64,000 nt of DNA from Octopus sinensis (GCF_006345805.1 NC_043017.1:28582001-28646000), one strand, 5' to 3'. Counted from the first letter of the stretch, positions 13,291 through 27,144 are shown. The notes: generated by a model not told the origin, from the sequence alone. A program made the numbers and translations.

Positions 13291-13707
13291 GGACCTTTTC
13301 TGTTTGAACGGCAGTTTTTTCTAGCGGTGTCATATGAAATTGTCACCCATAATTATGACCCTAGTATCGATCTATTGCATTTCAATCTGTTTTAGGGTTA
13401 GGGTTAGTTAGGGGTGGGGGGAAGGGTATATTTTTCTTCACAAATGTAAATAAACCCAATCTGTTTCATAAAAGAGGAACATATTCATACGGCACAGAAT
13501 GTTTTCACTTCAATGGACGTCACTGATTGGTTGAAATTGCAGAAATTGAAGAAAAAAACCACAAATATCTTACAAACTATAGAATTTTCTCAATAAAGCC
13601 AAGAGAAAGAGATGTTTTATAAACACATTCTACCAGTATACGAAGTTTAAAAGCGTTTAGTTACCTAAAAATTATGTTAAAAACTGCCGTTCAAACCGAA
13701 AAGATCC
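13291..13707. mobile_element. 417-bp MITE, ~29-bp TIRs, 8-bp TSD (Merlin- or hAT-like)
   Basis: ggaccttttctgtttgaacggcagttttt ... aaaaactgccgttcaaaccgaaaagatcc; flanks catccagc / cattcagc; internal ttagggttagggttagttagggg. Confidence 0.8.
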
Positions 13708-13844
13708 CATTCAGCAAATTATTGTAAACAGAGTGAAGTAAATATGTTTGCTATTATACACCCACATGCACACAGAATCAGGCACACGAATTTATAAACG
13801 GCATTCTATTATTACCAATTAATTTATGACAACGAGCAAGCTTA

Positions 13845-14010
13845 ATCCTTAGCGCGCCGGGGAAAATCCTTAGCGGCATTTCGTCCGTCCTTACGGTCAA
13901 AGTTAAAATTCCGTTGAAGTCGACTTTGCCTTTCATCCCCCGGAGTCGATAAAATAGCTACCAGTTGAACGCTGGGATCGATGTAATCAACTCATCTGCC
14001 CTCCCAAAAT
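13845..14010 (+). mobile_element. Degenerate SINE-B
   Basis: gtcgactttgcctttcatcc core and ctgggatcgatgtaatcaact. Confidence 0.7.
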
Positions 14011-14079
14011 TATTATTATTAGTAGTTTATTTAAATGTCACATAGCACCATCATTCACATGGATCTCTTATGAATATCT

Positions 14080-14172
14080 GTCAATAAACACACGCAACGC
14101 CCGGTCTGGGAATCGAACCCGTGATCCTCCGACCGAAGTCCGCTGCCCTAACCACTGGGCCATTGCGCCCCC
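14080..14172 (-). mobile_element. SINE-A head only
   Basis: caataaacacacgcaacgcccggtctgggaatcgaacccgtgatcc...ctgggccattgcgcc. Confidence 0.8.
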
Positions 14173-14569
14173 ACGTAACTGAATATATAACAAGAAAATT
14201 AAATGTAATCTCAACAACGAGATCATGAAATTTGAAATTATTACCCATCAACATTTACTTACTAGGTCGAGAGACCTATATACAATTGATAATTTTATTT
14301 TCTCGGCATCATTTCGTTGATTTGGTCTACAGATAATGGCAAGCCTATTCGCTTTGATATAAAAATTAACTATGGCTCATAAATTACTAAACATAACACA
14401 GGAGCGTAATATATATTTCCTCTGGTAAGAAATTACTCCGCTATAAACAACCATAGTTAACGTCTGTATAATATTAATTACATATTAAATTTCAGTGTTA
14501 ACTAGTATTATTTATTGCGTTTTTGCTTTGGCATATGTACGTCTTAAACATAATATACGTATTCACGTG

Positions 14570-14605
14570 CATGTGTATATATATATATACATATTTATAT
14601 ATAAG

Positions 14606-14643
<38 letters not shown>

Positions 14644-15732
14644 GTATAAGATATATATATATATAATATATATATATATTAATAGAGTATAGTATAAGAT
14701 ATATATATATATGTATATAAGATTATATATATATATATATATAGTATATATATGTAGTATAAGATATATATATATTTATATATATATAAGTATATAGATA
14801 TATATATATATATAGATATATATATATATATATATAGTAGTATAAGATATATATATATATATATGTATATAAATAGATATATATATATATATATATATAT
14901 AGTATAAGATATATATATATATGTAGTATAAGATATATATATATATATGTAGTATAAGATATATATATATTATATGTAGTATAAGATATATTATATATGT
15001 AGTATAAGATTATATATAATGTAAGCATAAGATATATATATATATATATAATATAAGATATATATATTATATATTAGTATAGATATATATATATATATAT
15101 GTAGTATAAGATATATATATTATGTAGTAAGATATATATATATATATGTAGTATAAGATATATATATATATTAGTATAAGATATATATATATATGTAGTA
15201 TAAGATATATTATATATATATATATAGGTAAGTATAGATATATATATTATTATAATATATTAATATAGTATATATATAGCATAAGATATATATATATATT
15301 ATATATATATTATATAGCATAAGATATATATCTAATGTAGTATAAGAATATATATATAAATATAATCTATATATATATATATGTAGTATAAGATATATAT
15401 ATATATGTAGTATAAGATATATATATATATATATATATTATGTAAGTATAAGATATATATATATATGTAGATAAGATATATATATATATATGTAGTTAAG
15501 ATAATCTATATATACTATAAGATATATATATATGTAGTATAATATATATCTATATATATAGTATATATAGTATATATATATATATTATATATTATATATA
15601 GTATAAGATATATATATATAATAAGATATATGATATAGATATAAGATATGTCTAAGATGTAGTATCTATATATATATATATAGTACTAAGATATATATAT
15701 ATATATAGATATATATATAGTATAAGAATATC

Positions 15733-15763
<31 letters not shown>

Positions 15764-16455
15764 TAAGATATATATATATATATATATATATATAGTATAA
15801 GATATATATAATATCTATATATATATATATAGTATAAGATAATAATATATATATATAGTATAACTATATATATATATTATAGATTATAAGATATATATAT
15901 ATATATATAGTATAGATATATATATCTATTATAGTATAAGATATATATATATATATATATATATATAAGATATATAGATATATATATATAGTATAAGATA
16001 TATATATATATATATATATAGTATAAGATATATATATATAGTATAATATATATATATTATATAATATATATAATATATATGTAGTATAAGATATATATAT
16101 AAGATATATATATATATATATATATAAGTATAAGATATATATATATATAGTATAAGATATATATATATATATAGTATAAGATATATATATTATAATAGTA
16201 TATATATTATATATATAGTATAGATATATATATATATATAATAGTATAGATATATATATATATATAGTATAAGATATATATATATATAGTATAAGATATA
16301 TATATATAATAGTAATAAGAATATATATATATATATAAAGATTATATATATAGCTATATATAAGATATATTATATATATAAGATATTATGTATATATATA
16401 TAAGATATATATGTATATATATAGTATCAGATATATATATATATATAATATATAA
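14570..16455. repeat. ~1.9-kb (TA)n array punctuated by a (GT)AGTATAAGA unit
   Basis: Dozens of agtataagat units separated by variable TA runs. Confidence 0.9.
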
Positions 16456-16885
16456 TACTTGAAATACGTTGCAATTTATTGTTATTTTTAACGTTTTCTT
16501 TGATAGTTCAGTAGCACTACTAGGAAATAAAGAAAGAAGGGAAATATTAAGCCTTCAGAATAAATAAATATATACTCACCCCTGTGATTTGCTATTTTTG
16601 ATACATCTTAGTTTTAAAATTATCTTTGTATAATCTTCTGCATTTCTTTCTAGAAAATACAAATTTCAATATTCTAACATTTCAGCATACAATTCTTTAA
16701 TCTCCATGCACATTATACTATATATATATATATATATATTATATGGGTGTGTGTGTGTGTGTGTGTGGTGTTTGCATACATGTATGAATATATATATAAA
16801 TATATATGAAGGCAGATATATATTATATAATATATATATATATGTTTGTGTGTGTGCTGTGTGTGTGTGTATATATTTATATATA

Positions 16886-16930
<45 letters not shown>

Positions 16931-17857
16931 GATGTGGTGAGATTTGCAGGTGTAAAATTTATATTCATTTCGTACACGTTAGAGAAAAAAAAAACTAAAA
17001 GTAAATGAAGAACAAAAGAAATCACCATTTTTTTCCTTTAGCTTCATAACAAACAAATAACATAATAAAAATAAAATGCAACTTATCGGCTAAGAAGTCG
17101 ATATCCGTAAATATATGTACCTTTATTGACTCCTTCCTTATCTGCACCCCATATATAAAGGTATACAATTAGTTGGAATATTTCTGTTTCCAGTTCTCTT
17201 GCGTTCCACCTGTTTCTTATATATCTCTAAATCTATCCAACGGTTTCTGCGCGTTTTTAGCCTTTTATGTCATTTATCAATAAATCGATTCAACTATTCG
17301 AAGAACACATAAAAGATACAGCTAATATAGAATAGATAAACTGCAATACAACATTTTTCTATAGAATTTCCACAGTGCATTCCATTACCACGAGGGGGCA
17401 ATCCATTTACAACATTAACAAATATTCTCCTTGCCAACACTCTCCTGCTTTTCGACATCTCAAAGGTGAAAGGAACATTTGTAAACGCCTATATCCTTCA
17501 TCGATTTGAGATTTCCTTTTCTTCTAAGTAAGCTCGAGTGCAAATTCCATGCAGCTCGCTCTAGCAGAAGCTTCTCCATTACGTCAGCAAAAACTGTTCG
17601 TCCAATAAACACATAGAAACAAAGTTATTTAACACAGGACAGATTCAGTGCATGTAATAAAGAAATACATATAACTGACAAAAGTAAAGTTAAATAACTT
17701 TAGCAAACGCATGCGAATGGAATATTGCCTGCTAGAGCGAATTTCTTCTTTGAGTTTGTGTGTCGACCACGTAATACTTCGATATCCATTTTACTGAATA
17801 GGAAAGATGATAATGAAATATAATAAAATATCGATTTCTTAAATGTAATTAAATATA

Positions 17858-18222
17858 GGCGCAGGAGTGGCTGTGTGAGAAGTAGCTTGTCTACCAACCA
17901 CATGGTTTAGGGTTCAGTCCCACTGCGTGGCAACTTGGGCTAGTGTCTTCTACTATAGCCCCGGGCCGACCAATGCCTTGTGAGTGGATTTGGGAGACGG
18001 AAACTGAAAGAAGCCTGTCGTATATATATGTATATATATGTATGTGCGTGTATGTTTGTGTGTCTGTGTTTGTCCCCCTAGCATTGCTTGAAAACCGATG
18101 CTGGTGTGTTTACGTCCCCGTCACCTAGCGGTTCGGCAAAAGAAACCGATAGAATAAGTACTGGGCTTACAAAGAATAAGTCCCGGGTCGATTTGCTTCA
18201 TTAAAGGCGGTGCTCCAGCATG
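17858..18222 (+). mobile_element. SINE-C, tail truncated
   Basis: ggcgcaggagtggctgtgtg head to ctccagcatgg. Confidence 0.9.
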
Positions 18223-18469
18223 GAAAATCCACCGTTTACGGAATGAGGTTAACAACGTAGCTTTCGCGCCCGTGCAACCGCCAGTCTATCGCATGTGGTG
18301 GGTGGATTTTTAAGTTACAACACGCCAAAACGCATTCTTAGTAGCTTAGAGTAGGTTCGAATTAGAGATTATTCTTTGTGGCTAATGGCGTGAGTCCTGA
18401 TTGGAAGAAGAAGACACAAACACTCATATATATATATATATATTCATGCACATATGCATAGGTACATAT

Positions 18470-18680
18470 CGATTTCGAATTTTGGCACAAAGCCTTCAGT
18501 TTCGGGGAAAGGTTGAATCAATTGCATCAACCCCAGTACTCAACTGGTATTTATTTTAACGACAACGAAAGGATGAAAGGCAAAGACCACCTCTGAAGAA
18601 TTTGAACTTATAACGTGAAAACTGTCGAAATCCTGTTATGCATTTTAGCCGATGTGTTAACGATTCGACCAGCACGCCGC
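18470..18680 (-). mobile_element. Degenerate SINE-B, tail B
   Basis: gaaaggatgaaaggcaaagac core; tail aattttggcacaaagcc...ggggaaagg. Confidence 0.7.
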
Positions 18681-18701
18681 ATTCTTATTCAATATAATAT
18701 T

Positions 18702-18981
18702 CTTTTCTTTTCGCCTTTGTCAAGCCTAGCCAGGCTCATGGAGCCGTTTCCCGTTTCTGTGGCGTATGTGCCCGCGTTACTCAAGAAACAGGAAGAAAGA
18801 GTGAGAGAAAGTTTTAAGCGGAAGAGTACAACAGGGTTCGTCACCACCCCCTGGCGGAGCCTCGTGGAACTTTTAGGTGTTTTCGCTCAATAAACACACA
18901 CAATGCCCGGTCTGAGAATCGAAACCGTGATCTTCCGACAGCGAGTCCGCTGCCATAACAACTGGACCATTGCGCCTCCAC
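18702..18981 (-). mobile_element. SINE-A, tail type 2, internally deleted
   Basis: 15-bp TSD attcaatataatatt (18687-18701 / 18982-18996). Confidence 0.88.
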
Positions 18982-19702
18982 ATTCAATATAATATTATAT
19001 TTTAAATTCCACCGCTATGTAATTCCCAGCTAATATCTCACCCAATAAACTTTGAATGTCACTAAATTTCTGATGCTTCGCTATCAAGAATAAAGTATTA
19101 ACGTTGGACCATTTAAATACAAGGCATTTATAAAATTCGACAGAAATAACGTGAGAGAAGAGAAACGAATAAAATAGATTTCTGTCACAACCCGAACAAT
19201 GGAAGCCATGTAGACAACAAGGAATGCAAAACCAGAAGGCGTTTAAGGTGTTACAAACCGGAACTTACAATAAATAGTGAATGAAATGGAGGAAGGTGCA
19301 AGCCGTAATATAAACGCCACAATAACAACAATATATTGGAAATAAACTATAGGCATAGCGTCATAAATTGCTCTATCGGAAATCATTATGGTTTTGATGT
19401 AAGCATCGATGTGTAATGCAACTGTCTCCACAGCGTGAAAAATATTTTGCGCTGTTTGGGAACTGTACGACGTAGGAAACAAAGAAAAATACAGAAGATA
19501 GACATAAGTAATATTTGTATTACTATATAGACCCAAACATATGTAGCACGAAAGGCACTTTTCCAGCTTCGAACAACCATAAAACTTAAAAGTATATAAT
19601 GTAGCCGAAATTTAGATATTTGTATATGAATTTGCATATTGATATTAATCTGTACATGGTGGCTATATGTAGATATGTATATATGTATGAATGTATGTAT
19701 GC

Positions 19703-19737
<35 letters not shown>

Positions 19738-19970
19738 ATATATGTATGTATCATTTATTTATATATGCATATATATAAATGATATATAAGTACATACATG
19801 CATCCATGCACACACACACACACACATACACATATGAGATTCCATTATGCATTATGTGTTATAGTGAGATATAAGAAAGTGATTATTGATATCATATTTA
19901 GTAATTCGGGCGACCACGGTGTCTTGTTTTTATCTAAATTCCTCGGTTGATTCTAGTCGCACTCATATCT

Positions 19971-21156
19971 ATTTCTTTACTATCCACAAGGGGCTAAACA
20001 GAGAGAGGACAAACAAGGACAGACAAACTGATTAAGTCTATCATATCGACCCCAGTGCCAAATTGGTACTTAATTTATCGACCCCGAAAGGATGAAAGGC
20101 AAAGTCGACTTCGGAGGAATATTAACTCAGAACGTAGCGGCAGGCGAAATACCTATTTCTTTACTACCCGCAAGGGGCTAAACAGAGAAAGGACAAAGAA
20201 GGACAGACAAACGGATTAAGTGGATCATATCGACCCCAGTGCGTAATTGGTACTTAATTTATCGACCCAGAAATGAAGAAAGGCAAAGTCGACCTCGGCA
20301 GAATTTGAACTCGGAACGTAACGGCAGACGAAATACGCCTACGCATTTCGCCCGGCGTGCAAACGTTTCTGCCAGCTCACCGCCTTCAATTTACTCCCTT
20401 TGTCTGTTTCTTTACTACCCACGAGGGGCTAAACAAGAACAGACAAACGGATTAAGTCGATTACATCGACCACAGTGCGTAACTGGTACTTAATTTATCG
20501 ATCCCGAAAGGATGAAAGGCAAAGTCGACCGCGGCGGAATTTGAACTCAGAACGTAGCGGCAGAGGAAATACCTATTTCTTTACTACCCACAAAGGGCTA
20601 AACAGAGAGGACAAACAAGGACAGACAAACGGATTAAGTCGATTATATCGACCCCAGTGCGTAACTAGTACTTAATTTTTCGACCCTGAAAGGATGAAAG
20701 GCAAAGTCAACTTCGACGGAATTTCAACTCGGAATGTAACGGCAGACCAAATACCTATTTCTTTACTGCCCACAATGGGCTAAACACAGAGGGGACAAAA
20801 TAACGGATTAAGTCGATTATATCGACCCCAGTGCGTAACTGGTACTTAATTTATCGACCCCGAAAAGGGTGAAAGTCAAAGTCGACCTCGGCGAATCTGA
20901 ACTCAGAACGTAGCCGTAGGCGAAATACCTATTTCTTTACTAGCCACAAGGGGCTAAACACAGAGAGGACAAACAAAGACAGGCAAACGGATTAAGTCGA
21001 TTATATCGACCCCAGTGCGTAACTAGTACTTAATTTTTCGACCCCGAAAGGATGAAAGGTAAAGTCAACGTAGGCGGAATTTGAACTCAGAACGTAGCGG
21101 CAGACGAAATACGGCTACGCATTTCGCCCGGCGTGCTAACGTTTCTGCCAGCTCGC
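19971..21156 (-). mobile_element. Six-unit head-to-tail SINE-B array
   Basis: Two full heads and four 5'-truncated units; junction gaaatac|ctattt at 20152, 20572, 20754 (caaatac) and 20928; flanked by cgcactcatatct on both sides. Confidence 0.92.
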
Positions 21157-21529
21157 CGCACTCATATCTCTGTAAGATTTACTTAATCGCAACTAACTCC
21201 TCTTATGATACTACAGCGTATTCTCATCCCAATAAAATTTGCACTATAATGTGATAAGAGAATTCTGTATAGGAGTAATGCGGTTTGTGTATTTTAAGAC
21301 AATCCATAAACACATCGCAGTGCATTTTGACACATCTCCCAAGAGAAGACGTATTACTTCAAATAATTGTTTCGTCAAGTAGCTCCACAGTAGGGAGAGT
21401 GGCGAAGCAAAATGCATTTCGACGCAATTAGCTCCATGTAGAAATCTCCATTGAAGTGGAATCCATTATCGAACATGCTAACACTCCATATTCGAGTGAC
21501 GTTTACGGCATCGTCTATTATAGTTATAT

Positions 21530-21676
21530 ATGTGTGTGCGTTAGTGTCTGTGTGTGTGTGTGTGTGGGCGTGCGTGCGCCAATGTGTGTGCTTCTGTGGG
21601 GGTGTGCGCGTATGTTCAAATACATACATATATATATGTGTGTGTGCGTGTGTGTGTGTGTATATTTATGCATGTA

Positions 21677-21727
<51 letters not shown>

Positions 21728-21866
21728 GTATGTATATATATATGTATGTATATATATATATATATGCATATATATATGTATGCATATATATATGTATATA
21801 TATATATATATATATGCATATATATATGTATGCATATATATATATATATATATGCATATATATATA

Positions 21867-21920
<54 letters not shown>

Positions 21921-21930
21921 GTATGCAAAT
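21530..21930. repeat. (TG)/(TA) microsatellite
   Basis: Dinucleotide tract. Confidence 0.9.
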
Positions 21931-22324
21931 ATATGTATATAATGCATTGTGAGAGATATTGATTTACTGTATTCACTGTCACTCAAGAAAACCGAGAACA
22001 AAGTCTCCGAAGAGAAGGAGAAACTACCTACTCACAGAAAGGCGCCAATGTTAAGCCCTCGGCTCCAACGTCACCTGAATTATACGCTATGAGCAGTTCG
22101 TCCTCTCTGACAGTAGTACCAAACCTTAAAGTCTTGTGAGTGTGAAACCGCCAATTTTAATCGGAATATTGTTCAGCAAAATCTTGCAAGACGCTCTAGT
22201 GTAAGAGTTCTAGGTAGCCACACAATAGGGTTGATATTTTCTCGAAAGATCGCGAAAACCTTTGCTCAATTATTCCTAGATCGTGTGAATGATTGAGAAC
22301 TATAGTTCCTTGAACTAATATTCC

Positions 22325-22510
22325 TTGTATTGTTTGTCTTGTACTCTGCTTTTTCGTTGTTAAAAAAAGTCCGTATCCTTGTTTGATTTTATGTTTTCGT
22401 TTCTCGTTGTGTTCTACGTTTATTTGTGGTGTCCTGTACTCATATGTGCATGTATATATACATATAGATGTAGGTATGTACATATATGTATGTATGCATA
22501 TGTTTTATTT
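22325..22510. repeat. Interspersed repeat, second copy at 26470-26660
   Basis: ttgtcttgtactct...gttttcgtttctc(g/a)ttgtgttc...ggtgtcctgtactcatat shared by both loci. Confidence 0.75.
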
Positions 22511-23069
22511 ATTAAATTGTTATTATATGAATGAACGCCACGCCTCCTTTCTTCTTCTCCAAGTAAGTTTTTATTTCTATAGTTTATGGATCTGGTTTGC
22601 TACAGATACAGCAGAATTTCGATCTATGTCTCCTTAAAAATCTAATTTCCCTCCGGGTTCAGCACACATTTATTCCCCGCTTCATTTCTAGTTATGGCGG
22701 CAGTAAAGTTCGTCGGAAAACTAGAGACCTTTCTTTTCTTTTCCCAGAACAGGGAACTCCAGAACTTATCTAGATAACAAAATGTGTCCATTCTCCTGAA
22801 TCTGGGTAGATATGGGCTCTTTCTGTTCCGCATATAAATTATGCTCCCATGCATTAACCTATCGTAGATTGCGGCATTTTTCAACTATATAGAGCTAGCA
22901 CGGAGTCGTTCTCTGGCGTATCTTTGACCATACCCGGGACCTAGTGGGATAAATTTTCACAATAGATTCCTCATTTTGAAACAAGATGGACCCACCCACG
23001 GGTAACAAGGTGGTTATACCCTAGGGTTGATTTATGACTACATCTCAAAGCAAAGCGTACGACTAAAGA

Positions 23070-23290
23070 AATGCTGAAAAGTTCCTCACATTAAGTAATA
23101 GAACATACAGGAGGGTCACTTAATTATGATTTTATTCAATATATTCTCTTCTCAGATTCACACAATTATTGCAACAGTCTCTCAGGTTTCCTAAGCTCTT
23201 TAAAAAAACTCGAGAGCTTGCGCCTCCAAATATGCCCTTTGCGATACCTTTAAAGCCACGCACTTTTCAGCTCATCCACGTATTTCCAGT
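23070..23290 (+). mobile_element. Degenerate mariner-like terminal fragment
   Basis: gctgaaaagttcct...tctcagattcacac...gcctccaa; similar to 23478-23680. Confidence 0.5.
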
Positions 23291-23477
23291 GAAAGATAGA
23301 TGAGAAAATTAAAGTACGGTACTCTATACGAAAGTTTGTGTTACTCTATACGAAAGTTTGTGTAGAGCACGTACGGCAGAACTTGGAACTTAATATCCAG
23401 TACTAGAAACTACAAAATCGATATGTATCATATTGAAGTCCTATAGTATACTTTACTATATTATATGATGATATTCG

Positions 23478-23680
23478 AGAGGGGTACTCAAAAGTTACTG
23501 GCTTTGAGCAAAAGAAAATACAAGAGTGTTACTTAATTATTATTTTAGCTAACCTATTTTCCTCTCAGGTGCACATACTTATTGAAGCAGTCCTTCTGTT
23601 TTTCTAAGCTCTGTAGAAGAACTCGGAATGTTGGGCCTCCAACCAGGCATTTTGAGATACGCTTAAAGACAGCGACTCGT
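23478..23680 (+). mobile_element. Mariner-like terminal fragment
   Basis: cgagaggggtactcaaaagttactggctttg resembles TACGAGGG-type mariner TIRs; the same motif recurs at ~25960-26000. Confidence 0.55.
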
Positions 23681-23785
23681 ATATTTTTGTTGTCGTCATA
23701 TGAATCTCTTAACATTTGTGAGGACGTAGAATAATTTGAGGAGAGGGAAGGAGGGATGGATCTCGGGTGATTTAAAGCAGTCATA

Positions 23786-23978
23786 TACGAGGGTAATTTT
23801 TAATGAACCCAAACAACAAGAAAAGCTTGGAGAGAAAATGGTTTGAAACAAATACCGAATGGAAATTGAACAACTACGATTAAGCCCTGTAAAAGCACTC
23901 GTAAGTTTGGGCCTCGCACCACACAATTCGCGATACACTTGAATACAAGAATTTCTTCTGCAACCCCCTCGTATGTGT
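23786..23978. mobile_element. Short mariner-like non-autonomous remnant
   Basis: Begins tacgagggt and ends ccccctcgta (inverted termini). Confidence 0.4.
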
Positions 23979-24669
23979 GTGAATATACGTAGGTGTGTAT
24001 GTATTTACGTGCGTGTATCTACGTGTGAGTGTTAAGTGATGCGTGTGAATCTGTGTATAAATTCGGCTTAGCAAATGTGTTAACGTCACATAATGTATCA
24101 TTGCCATTGAGATGAATTTGTAAAACGTGTTTGATTCTACTAAAATATTCATCTCTCATATGCAGTTCCACAGCCTTAGCGCACGCAGTTTCGTTTCCAT
24201 CGGTGCCGAAATGTTTATTGAAATGAGAGATTCGTTCATCTTCTTTGCTATCGCTCTATCTCTTTCAATGACTATCAACATCAACTCTCCGATTAAGCCT
24301 TCTTGCATCTTTTTTTATCATCACGTTGTTGCATAATTCCAGTCCAAAAGACAGATTAATCTGCCTTGCTAAAGCTTCAACATAATCACTTTTGAGTATT
24401 TCTCAGTATGCCTCAGTTTTCATTACAAATAAGAGCCGGATATGTCACACCTTGTGAAAGTTTGCTGCGATTTAATGAATATTAGTAATATGTTGACATT
24501 GATTACAACATGTAATCACTTCTACTACACAGGATTTTCCTTCTAAAACGAGATTTCTAAAAATATTGCAACGCCCACACATTCAAGCTTTATAAAGACG
24601 AACATACAAGCAAAGAAATGTATGTGTTTGTGAGCGTGTATATACATACTTATACACACATATTCTGTT

Positions 24670-24860
24670 TTTCTTTAATTCTTTTATTCGTTTCAGTCAT
24701 TTGACTGCAGCCATGCTGGAGCACAGCCTTGAAGGTGTTTTAGTCGACAAATCGGCTCTAGGACATTTTTAAAAGCCTAGTACTTATCCTGTCAGTTGAT
24801 TTTGCCGAACCGCTACGTTGCATGGACGTAAAACGCATCGACACCAGTCGCCAAGTGGTG
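24670..24860 (-). mobile_element. Old SINE-C 3' half
   Basis: gtttcagtcatttgactgcagccatgctggagcac...ttttgccgaaccgcta. Confidence 0.75.
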
Positions 24861-24915
24861 ATAGGGAACAAAAAAAAAGAACATACACAACCCCCACACT
24901 CACATACACACACAC

Positions 24916-24969
<54 letters not shown>

Positions 24970-24974
24970 GTTAC

Positions 24975-25135
24975 ACAGCTTCGCTTGAAACCGATGTTAC
25001 CGTAAGAACGATTCGGCGAAAGAGACTGATAGAATAAGTACCAGGCCTACATAAAATAATCCCTGGAGTCGATTTCTTCAACCTCAATTTGCTGCTCGTG
25101 TATGGCAGCAGTCAAATGACAGAAGTAAGTGAATT
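24975..25135 (+). mobile_element. Old SINE-C 3' half
   Basis: gcttgaaaccgatg...ttcggcgaaagagactgatagaataagtacc...cagtcaaatgacagaag. Confidence 0.7.
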
Positions 25136-25172
25136 AAGGGATAAAAGAATATGTGTGTGCGTGTGTGTGTGA

Positions 25173-25246
<74 letters not shown>

Positions 25247-26469
25247 CATCAGGCACTAATATCTGACTTAAGCTGAATATAGTGTAGAAATTCTGGAGAA
25301 TATTCGTCTCGTTCATATATATATACTGCTAGAGGCATAGGGGTATATTGGTAGCAGAAAATATTGCTATCTGAAACAGTATTCAGGATGGGACAACGTC
25401 CTTGATACGAGTCCACTTTTCATCTGTCTCTGAAGACAGCTTTCTAATCGATTCCCTTTAAGTACACGTATCCTTTGCTTCGTTAAGTTTTATCAATGAC
25501 ATAGGATACAAAATTCGTTGAGTAAACATTAAAATTACCAATATTGGGATGCCTAATGTGGCTTGGCTTTTAAATCATCTGGCAACTGCTGATGCAGAAA
25601 TGTGACCAAATTTATATTATTCCACCATTCAGTGATGCAAAGAATGTGATTCTCTCACTGGGAAATCATAATACCCATACACCTAACCCAAACCAGTTTC
25701 CTAAAGAAGATCTTTCAGCACCTTTCTGGAAAGAAATAGTAACAATTTGGGAAGCTATCAGTGACAACAGTTTGCCTACGGGCTTAGACCGTGGCTTATC
25801 ATTAGCGTAAATCTCTATTGTCCCCTTTGTTAAACAGGTGAATATGTTACAGATGACGAAAACTGTACTTTTATGTGGAATACGAAATAGAAGTGCGATA
25901 ATAAAGCCTCTGCCGTTCGGACCAATTTCTTCTTCCGTGCATACGTTGTCGCAAATATATACTCAAAAGTTACTGGCTTTGGGCAAAAGAAAATACAGTT
26001 GTCGCAACTGTCTCAATATATTTGTATAAACTTCAGCCAAGAAAAGCAAATAAGTATTTTATATGCATTAAAATGTGTATTTAGTTTCTCAATTACAATG
26101 ATCTATTCTGAATTTTGATTGCTTTTATTATCGGTGGAGTGTCTAAGAAGGACGATTCTGTTAGAGTGCAGAAATTCGGTTTAGACAACTTATCCAACGT
26201 CGTCTGTTTTCGAGTTGTTATATATAAATGATTACATCTGCAACTGTATTACAATGACAACAGTAATATTCCGATTTTGGAAGAATGTAATTACAGGTTA
26301 AATGGAAAGGTAAGAACAACAGATCCAAAAAAGAAAAAGTGTCTCTATAGAATTCAGAATAAGAATCACTAAGCTCTTACTTTGATACTTAATATTCAAC
26401 TGATTTTCGCTTTCACCTTCGAAAGGTAGAGTAGATGAAACCATAGCGACTGAAGAGGGGTTTTTTTTG

Positions 26470-26657
26470 GTGTTAATTGTCTTGTACTCTATTTTTTATT
26501 GTTTAAGAAAAATGTCCAGTTCCTTTGGTTTGTGTCTATGTTTTCGTTTCTCATTGTGTTCGACGTCTTTTTGGTGTCCTGTACTCATATATGCGTGTAT
26601 ATGTACATGTAGAGGTAGGTACGTACATATATGTTTATATATATGCATATGTTTTAT

Positions 26658-26660
<3 letters not shown>
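26470..26660. repeat. Interspersed repeat, copy of 22325-22510
   Basis: See 22325-22510. Confidence 0.75.
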
Positions 26661-26698
<38 letters not shown>

Positions 26699-27012
26699 AT
26701 ATGTATGTATATGTGTGTGTGCGCGTGTATATACATTTCTGTGTATATATACATATATATATATATACAACAGTAATATTTTTTGCTAGTCTTTGTTGTC
26801 CCTCTGTCTTATCTCATGGTGCAATATGAACATTTAACGTGGTTCTTAGAGTCAGGGTTTTGACTGCTATTTCGGCATGGTGGTGTCTCTCGGACACCCT
26901 TATGTTTAGTTGTAAAAAATTTATTACCTTTGTACGGTATTTTTCCCATGCTGGCCACTTGATAATATCAATATTTAAATATCGATATTATCCTTATTTA
27001 TAAATCCATATA

Positions 27013-27046
<34 letters not shown>

Positions 27047-27144
27047 CATACATACATACATACATACATATACATGCATACATATACATACATACATATA
27101 CATACATATATATATATATATATACACACATAAAGATATTTATA

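Noticed and set aside
13390-13420. Telomere or chromosome-fusion site
   Set aside because: Only about three TTAGGG units, located inside a MITE.
17100-17600. Partly open minus-strand frame
   Set aside because: Multiple stops and no domain I can recognise.
19971-21156. CRISPR-like or satellite interpretation of the ~180-bp periodic array
   Set aside because: No unique spacers and no cas genes; the units are SINE bodies and the context is eukaryotic.
22740-22810. Polypyrimidine tract plus CAG acceptor and GT donor on +
   Set aside because: All three frames contain stops; no support for an exon.
25592-25810. 72-aa ORF with protein-like composition
   Set aside because: No recognisable motif; flanking splice-like signals on the minus strand give stops in all frames.
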